Source of the DNA: Acidobacteriota bacterium
GTDB taxonomy: Bacteria; Acidobacteriota; UBA6911; RPQK01; JAPXNP01
DNA length: 51,934 nucleotides
Direction of reading: 5' to 3'
Assembly (NCBI GenBank): GCA_020350445.1
Contig: CP070717.1
Coordinates: forward strand, 2,399,827-2,451,760
Part shown: positions 47,149-51,934 of the stretch, in pieces
Layout: each line of letters opens with the position of its first letter
Position numbering within the stretch: position 1 is the stretch's first letter
Position numbers and translations under genes: made by a program
The notes under the pieces: generated by a model
The model's database searches: none
Seen by the model: only the letters and a program-made list of their open reading frames with translations
What the model was told of the DNA's origin: nothing

Positions 47149-49119
47149 ATGACCAAGAAGAGAACCGCCACCTCGAAACCGAAAAAGAAACCCTCGAAAC
47201 CAGCTACTGAAGAAAACGGAGAGCGATCCCTTCTGGGGGATCAGGATCTCTATCTCTTCAATGAAGGAACCCACTACCGCCTCAATGAGAAGCTCGGCGC
47301 TCATCCCGTCCGGCGCAACGGTGTCGAGGGAACTCACTTCGCTGTCTGGGCTCCCGATGCCGAGGCGGTATCGGTCGTTGGTGACTTCAACGGGTGGGAA
47401 ATTGGAAGGTCACAACTTCATCCCAAGGCTCAATCCGGGATTTGGGAAGGATTCATTGAGGGCGTTACCAAAGGTGTCGCCTACAAATACCACATCAAGT
47501 CGCGATTCAATGGCTACGAGGTCCTCAAAGCTGATCCTTTTGCAGTCCGTTCTGAAGTCCCTCCGAAAACCGCATCCATTGTTTGGGATCTCGAATACGA
47601 GTGGAACGACGAGAAGTGGATGGCTGAGCGTGGTCCGGCCAATGCCCTCGACGCTGCTATCTCCATCTACGAGGTACACCTCGGTTCCTGGATGCGTGTC
47701 CCGGAAGAGAAGAACCGGTACCTTTCCTACCGTGAGATGGCCCCGAAGCTGGCAGAGTATGTCAAAGGTCTCGGCTTCACTCATGTGGAGTTCCTGCCGG
47801 TCATGGAGCATCCTTTCGGTGGATCCTGGGGGTATCAGACCACCGGCTATTTCACTCCAACTGCGCGCTTCGGCACCCCGCAGGACTTCATGTTCATGGT
47901 TGATCTTCTCCACCAGAACGGGATTGGAGTCATTCTCGACTGGGTTCCATCTCACTTTCCCACGGACGAACATGGACTCAGCTTTTTTGACGGGACACAC
48001 CTCTTCGAACATTCCGATCCCCGACAGGGATTCCATCCCGACTGGAGTAGCGCGATCTTCAACTACAGCCGCAATGAGGTGCGGAGTTTCCTGATCAGCT
48101 CGGGACTCTTCTGGCTGCGGAAGTACCACGTGGATGGAATCCGTGTCGATGCCGTCGCCTCGATGCTCTACCTGGACTATTCCCGGAAAGAGGGGGAATG
48201 GATTCCCAACGAGTACGGAGGCAATGAGAACATCCCCGCCATCGATTTTCTGCGCCAGTTCAATTCCGCCGTCTACCAGGAGTTTCCCGATGTGCAGACG
48301 TTTGCCGAGGAATCGACCGCCTGGCCGATGGTTTCCCGCCCTGCCTACATCGGTGGACTGGGGTTTGGCATGAAGTGGGATATGGGCTGGATGCACGATA
48401 CGCTGCGGTACATGTCACACGATCCGATTCACCGCCGCTACCATCAAAATGATTTGACCTTCCGGATGCTATACGCCTTCCAGGAGAATTTCGTCCTGCC
48501 CCTTTCCCACGATGAAGTTGTCCACGGAAAGGGCTCGATGATTGGCAAGATGCCTGGTGACGATTGGCAGAAGTTCGCCAATTTGCGTGCGCTCTATGGT
48601 TACATGTTCGCTCAGCCGGCCAAGAAATTGCTCTTCATGGGAGGGGAACTGGGACAGTGGGCCGAGTGGAACCATGAGTCGAGCATTGAATGGCACTTGA
48701 AGGAATTCCCACTGCATGCGGGTCTGCAACTCTGGATGTCGGACCTGAATCGACTCTATCGCAACGAACCTGCACTACATGAGCTCGATTTCAACTCGGC
48801 CGGATTTGCCTGGGTGGACTGTGGCGATGCGGAACAGAGTGTCGTGTCACTCACCAGGCACGGCAAGAGACCGGAGGATGTCATTCTCGTCGTCTGTAAC
48901 TTCACCCCGGTTCCCCGCCACAATTACCGCATCGGAGCGCCAAAACGAGGGCTGTGGCAAGAAATCCTCAACAGTGACGCCGAGTCCTACGGAGGCAGTG
49001 GACAGGGTAATATGGGAGGAGTCAAGACCACCCCGATTTCGTGTCACGGGCACCCATATTCACTCAACTTGACGCTTCCTCCTCTCGGCAGTGTATTCCT
49101 CAAACATGCCCTTCCATGA
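47149..49119 (+). CDS. glgB: 1,4-alpha-glucan branching enzyme
   Basis: FAVWAP.A..VSVVGDFNGW, IYEVHLGSW, SWGYQ, LDWVPSHF, GIRVDAVASMLY, AEESTAW, KWDMGWMHD and LSHDEVVHGK. Confidence 0.98.
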   Translation: MTKKRTATSKPKKKPSKPATEENGERSLLGDQDLYLFNEGTHYRLNEKLGAHPVRRNGVEGTHFAVWAPDAEAVSVVGDFNGWEIGRSQLHPKAQSGIWEGFIEGVTKGVAYKYHIKSRFNGYEVLKADPFAVRSEVPPKTASIVWDLEYEWNDEKWMAERGPANALDAAISIYEVHLGSWMRVPEEKNRYLSYREMAPKLAEYVKGLGFTHVEFLPVMEHPFGGSWGYQTTGYFTPTARFGTPQDFMFMVDLLHQNGIGVILDWVPSHFPTDEHGLSFFDGTHLFEHSDPRQGFHPDWSSAIFNYSRNEVRSFLISSGLFWLRKYHVDGIRVDAVASMLYLDYSRKEGEWIPNEYGGNENIPAIDFLRQFNSAVYQEFPDVQTFAEESTAWPMVSRPAYIGGLGFGMKWDMGWMHDTLRYMSHDPIHRRYHQNDLTFRMLYAFQENFVLPLSHDEVVHGKGSMIGKMPGDDWQKFANLRALYGYMFAQPAKKLLFMGGELGQWAEWNHESSIEWHLKEFPLHAGLQLWMSDLNRLYRNEPALHELDFNSAGFAWVDCGDAEQSVVSLTRHGKRPEDVILVVCNFTPVPRHNYRIGAPKRGLWQEILNSDAESYGGSGQGNMGGVKTTPISCHGHPYSLNLTLPPLGSVFLKHALP

Positions 49120-49211
49120 CGGTTGGGGAACCCGTTTGAATGGAACGAATCAACCCCGCAATTAATTGAGGACTTGCAGAGAGGACTCGAAGTCTTACAA
49201 TATCCACTGAT

Positions 49212-50603
49212 ATGAAACAGCTAAAGTACATGCTCCCTGAAAGTGAGATACCGCGACAGTGGTATAACCTGGCGCCCGACCTGCCGAGTCCGTTACAGCC
49301 TCCGCTGGGACCCGACGGGCAGCCGATCAAGCCTGAGATGTTGAGCCCGATCTTCCCGATGGGACTGATCGAGCAGGAGATGTCTCCACACAGATGGGTC
49401 GATATTCCAGATGAAATCCTGGAAATCCTCTGCCGCTGGCGGCCCACTCCTCTCAGGAGAGCAATTGCCCTTGAGAAGGCACTCGATACCCCGGCCCGCA
49501 TCTACTACAAGGACGAAAGCGTCAGCCCGGCTGGAAGCCATAAGCCGAATACCGCAGTTGCCCAGGCCTGGTACAACAAACAAGAAGGAATCAAACGACT
49601 GACTACCGAGACTGGAGCCGGTCAATGGGGCAGCGCACTCGCTTATTCCTGCCAGCTACTCGGTTTGGAATGCAAGGTTTTCATGGTTCGCATCAGCTTC
49701 GAACAGAAGCCTTTCCGTCGCATTATGATGCAGACGTGGGGCGCTAACTGCGTTCCCAGTCCGAGTGAGGAGACCCATGCCGGGCGAACCATTCTCGAGA
49801 AGATGCCCGACACACCCGGTAGCCTCGGAATTGCTATCTCAGAAGCGGTCGAACAGGCGGCGATGGATTCGACCGGTAAGACCAAGTACTCCCTGGGAAG
49901 TGTTCTGAACCACGTTCTGATGCATCAGACGGTCATCGGACTCGAGGCGAAGAAGCAGCTCGCTCTTGCCTCTGAGAAGACTCCCGATATCGTCATCGGA
50001 TGCGCGGGCGGCGGAAGTAACTTTGCCGGTCTCGCATTCCCGTTCGTTCTCGACAAGATCAACGGAGCAGAGATCGAAATTATCCCGACAGAGCCCACAG
50101 CCTGCCCCACGATGACACGAGGGCCCTTCTGTTACGACTTCGGCGACACGGCGGAAACCACGCCTCTCATGCCGATGCATTCGCTCGGCCACACCTTTGT
50201 ACCACCACCGATTCATGCTGGTGGACTCAGGTACCACGGCATCGCACCACTGATCAGCCAGGGTATCGTTGAAGGGCTTCTCCGTCCGAAAGCCTACGAC
50301 CAGATCACCTGCTATAACGCTGCGGTCCAGTGGGCAAGAACAGAAGGCGTGATCTGTGCTCCCGAAACCAGCCACGCGATTGCCGGGGCGGTCGACCAGG
50401 CAATCCAGGCTCGTGAGGAAGGCAAAGAGAAGGTTATCCTGATGTGCTTCAGCGGCCATGGTCTGATGGATCTCGCGGGATACGACAAGTTCTTTGCCGG
50501 AGAACTCTCCGACTACTCTCTGCCGCCCGATGAACTCAAGTCATTCCTCGAGGCGCTGCAGAACTTGCCGAAGCCCCCGGTTCAAAAGACCGGACGCTGG
50601 TAG
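49212..50603 (+). CDS. trpB2: TrpB-like PLP enzyme (tryptophan synthase beta chain type 2)
   Basis: [80 protein letters not shown] and APETSHAI. Confidence 0.95.
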   Translation: MKQLKYMLPESEIPRQWYNLAPDLPSPLQPPLGPDGQPIKPEMLSPIFPMGLIEQEMSPHRWVDIPDEILEILCRWRPTPLRRAIALEKALDTPARIYYKDESVSPAGSHKPNTAVAQAWYNKQEGIKRLTTETGAGQWGSALAYSCQLLGLECKVFMVRISFEQKPFRRIMMQTWGANCVPSPSEETHAGRTILEKMPDTPGSLGIAISEAVEQAAMDSTGKTKYSLGSVLNHVLMHQTVIGLEAKKQLALASEKTPDIVIGCAGGGSNFAGLAFPFVLDKINGAEIEIIPTEPTACPTMTRGPFCYDFGDTAETTPLMPMHSLGHTFVPPPIHAGGLRYHGIAPLISQGIVEGLLRPKAYDQITCYNAAVQWARTEGVICAPETSHAIAGAVDQAIQAREEGKEKVILMCFSGHGLMDLAGYDKFFAGELSDYSLPPDELKSFLEALQNLPKPPVQKTGRW

Positions 50604-50617
50604 AGGCTGTTTAATGT

Positions 50618-50648
50618 CCCGTGCCGGATCGGCAGAATCCGGCACGGG
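50618..50648 (+). terminator. Hairpin downstream of trpB2
   Basis: CCCGTGCCGGAT-N7-ATCCGGCACGGG, a perfect 12-bp stem, with only a weak pyrimidine tail. Confidence 0.55.
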
Positions 50649-50710
50649 GTCTTCCCCGGGGCTCAGCCCCATTTTCGACTACCAAGTCTTTTCCGGAAGG
50701 AAATCCTGTC

Positions 50711-51778
50711 ATGAAAAGATTCGCCTGGCTCGTTCTAGTAGCCTTTCTTCTCACCACTGGCTTCACCAGTCAGGAGAGTCCGGAGGGCCCTTTTCCGGTT
50801 CGGGGAATTCACTTCATGGTACCCCAACCCGATTCTGTCCCTGCGTTTGTTGACTTCATCAAAGGACCGCTGCGGTCTTCGGGAGTCAACACGCTGATCC
50901 TCGAGTTGAACTACTCCTACCGCTACGAATCTCATCCGGAACTGGCCTCGGAAAATGCCCTGTCCCAGAAACAGTTGCAGGACATTGTCGCAGCCTGTCG
51001 AGATTCGGGGATCAACTTCATTCCCATGATCAACCTGATGGGACACCAGTCCTGGGCAGAGACAACCTTCGCCTTGTTGAGCAAGTATCCGGAATTCGAT
51101 GAAACACCCGGGAAATACCCAAATAACAAAGACATCTACTGCCGCAGCTACTGCCCGCAGCACCCCGGCCTCCATAAAATCCTCTTCGCGTTGATCGATG
51201 AGCTGATTTCCGTCACCGATGCAACCGATTTTCATGCCGGCATGGATGAGGTCTTTTTGATTGGTGAGGACGATTGCCCCCGTTGTCGCGGGCAGAACAG
51301 GGCGCAGCTGTTAGCCGATGAGATCAAACGAATCCATGCCCACCTGGCCGAGAAGAAGGTCCGAATGTGGCTCTGGGGAGACCGGTTGATCGACGGCGAA
51401 ACCACCGGGATCGGGGAATGGGAAGCCAGTACGAACGACACCTTTGCAGCAATCGACATGATTCCGACCGATATCGTGATCTGCGACTGGCACTATGAGT
51501 ACTCCCCTCCGACTGCGGGGATGTTCGCGCTCAAGGGCTTTCCAGTCGTCATGTCACCCTGGCGCAAATCCGATGTGGCCCTTGCCCATCTCGAACAGAT
51601 GAAGCATCTGCGGTCCGCCTCAAACAAGACCCTGGCAGATCGCGCCCTCGGCCTGGTCCATACCACCTGGACGAGCCCCGAGAACTTCATGGCCGCCTAT
51701 TCCGGTGACCCCAGCGCCCGCGAGAGCGCCACCGAAAGCGCCGAATGCTTCAAGAAACTCTTTAAAAAACTCCAGTAG
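50711..51778 (+). CDS. Exported glycoside hydrolase family 20-like TIM-barrel protein
   Basis: Signal peptide from ATG 50711 (MKRFAWLVLVAFLL). IPMINLMGH, FHAGMDEVF (DE pair), MWLWGDRL, ICDWHY and GLVHTTW. Confidence 0.8.
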   Translation: MKRFAWLVLVAFLLTTGFTSQESPEGPFPVRGIHFMVPQPDSVPAFVDFIKGPLRSSGVNTLILELNYSYRYESHPELASENALSQKQLQDIVAACRDSGINFIPMINLMGHQSWAETTFALLSKYPEFDETPGKYPNNKDIYCRSYCPQHPGLHKILFALIDELISVTDATDFHAGMDEVFLIGEDDCPRCRGQNRAQLLADEIKRIHAHLAEKKVRMWLWGDRLIDGETTGIGEWEASTNDTFAAIDMIPTDIVICDWHYEYSPPTAGMFALKGFPVVMSPWRKSDVALAHLEQMKHLRSASNKTLADRALGLVHTTWTSPENFMAAYSGDPSARESATESAECFKKLFKKLQ

Positions 51779-51851
51779 GACAGCTTCCAGCCTGTCTCCG
51801 GAACGCTGGCGCCCCGATTACGATTAAAGCACAGGGAAGAACGGACCAAAG

Positions 51852-51928
51852 ACCGTCCATCGTCAGTCGACAATCGTCAGTCGACAATCGTCAGTCGACA
51901 ATCGTCAATCGTCAATCGTCAATTGCAA
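51852..51928. repeat. Heptamer-based short tandem repeat: (ATCGTCA GTCGACA)x3 + (ATCGTCA)x3 with degenerate flanking units
   Basis: 14-mers at 51859, 51873 and 51887. 7-mers at 51901, 51908 and 51915. Degenerate ACCGTCC before and ATTGCAA after. Confidence 0.95.
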
Positions 51929-51934
51929 GTTGCC

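Noticed and set aside
51859-51921. Terminal repeats as a CRISPR array
   Set aside because: The units are 7 or 14 nt and directly adjacent, with no unique spacers and no cas genes.

Overview
A roughly 52 kb stretch of mostly core chromosome from a moderately GC-rich bacterium. Gene content suggests Acidobacteriota, which is an inference. In order it carries: folC (partial) and accD; a PHP-fold protein; xseA-xseB-ispA-tlyA and a TIGR01212-type radical SAM gene; a protein with two tandem YjbQ-like domains; a nucleoside phosphorylase; a five-gene ECF sigma / zinc anti-sigma / DUF5668 / DUF4097 / toast-rack envelope-stress operon; nrdR-thiL-DUF2062; a block of envelope proteins with rnc and queC among them (HExxH+TPR, TPR, CPBP, barrel-Ig-OmpA, Asp-box propeller, RDD, SLC13, bactofilin plus a methyltransferase-fold partner, TPR-FG-GAP-ASPIC); efp, ETF-QO and a Ser/Thr dehydratase; an orphan soluble zinc anti-sigma-like miniprotein; DUF420; an imuA-imuB-dnaE2 mutasome cassette; glgE-malQ-glgB; trpB2; a GH20-like protein; and a heptamer tandem repeat at the right edge. 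I saw no rRNA, tRNA, CRISPR array, transposase or prophage. I cannot claim a clearly new multi-gene system. The best leads are the tandem YjbQ-like protein with apparently complementary motifs, a long ompA leader with mutually exclusive helices, the orphan zinc miniprotein with an ECF-like promoter, an 11-bp-period direct-repeat operator over the imuA promoter, pervasive leaderless-type promoters, and the bactofilin/methyltransferase-fold pair. All family assignments come from motif recognition by eye, not from database searches.
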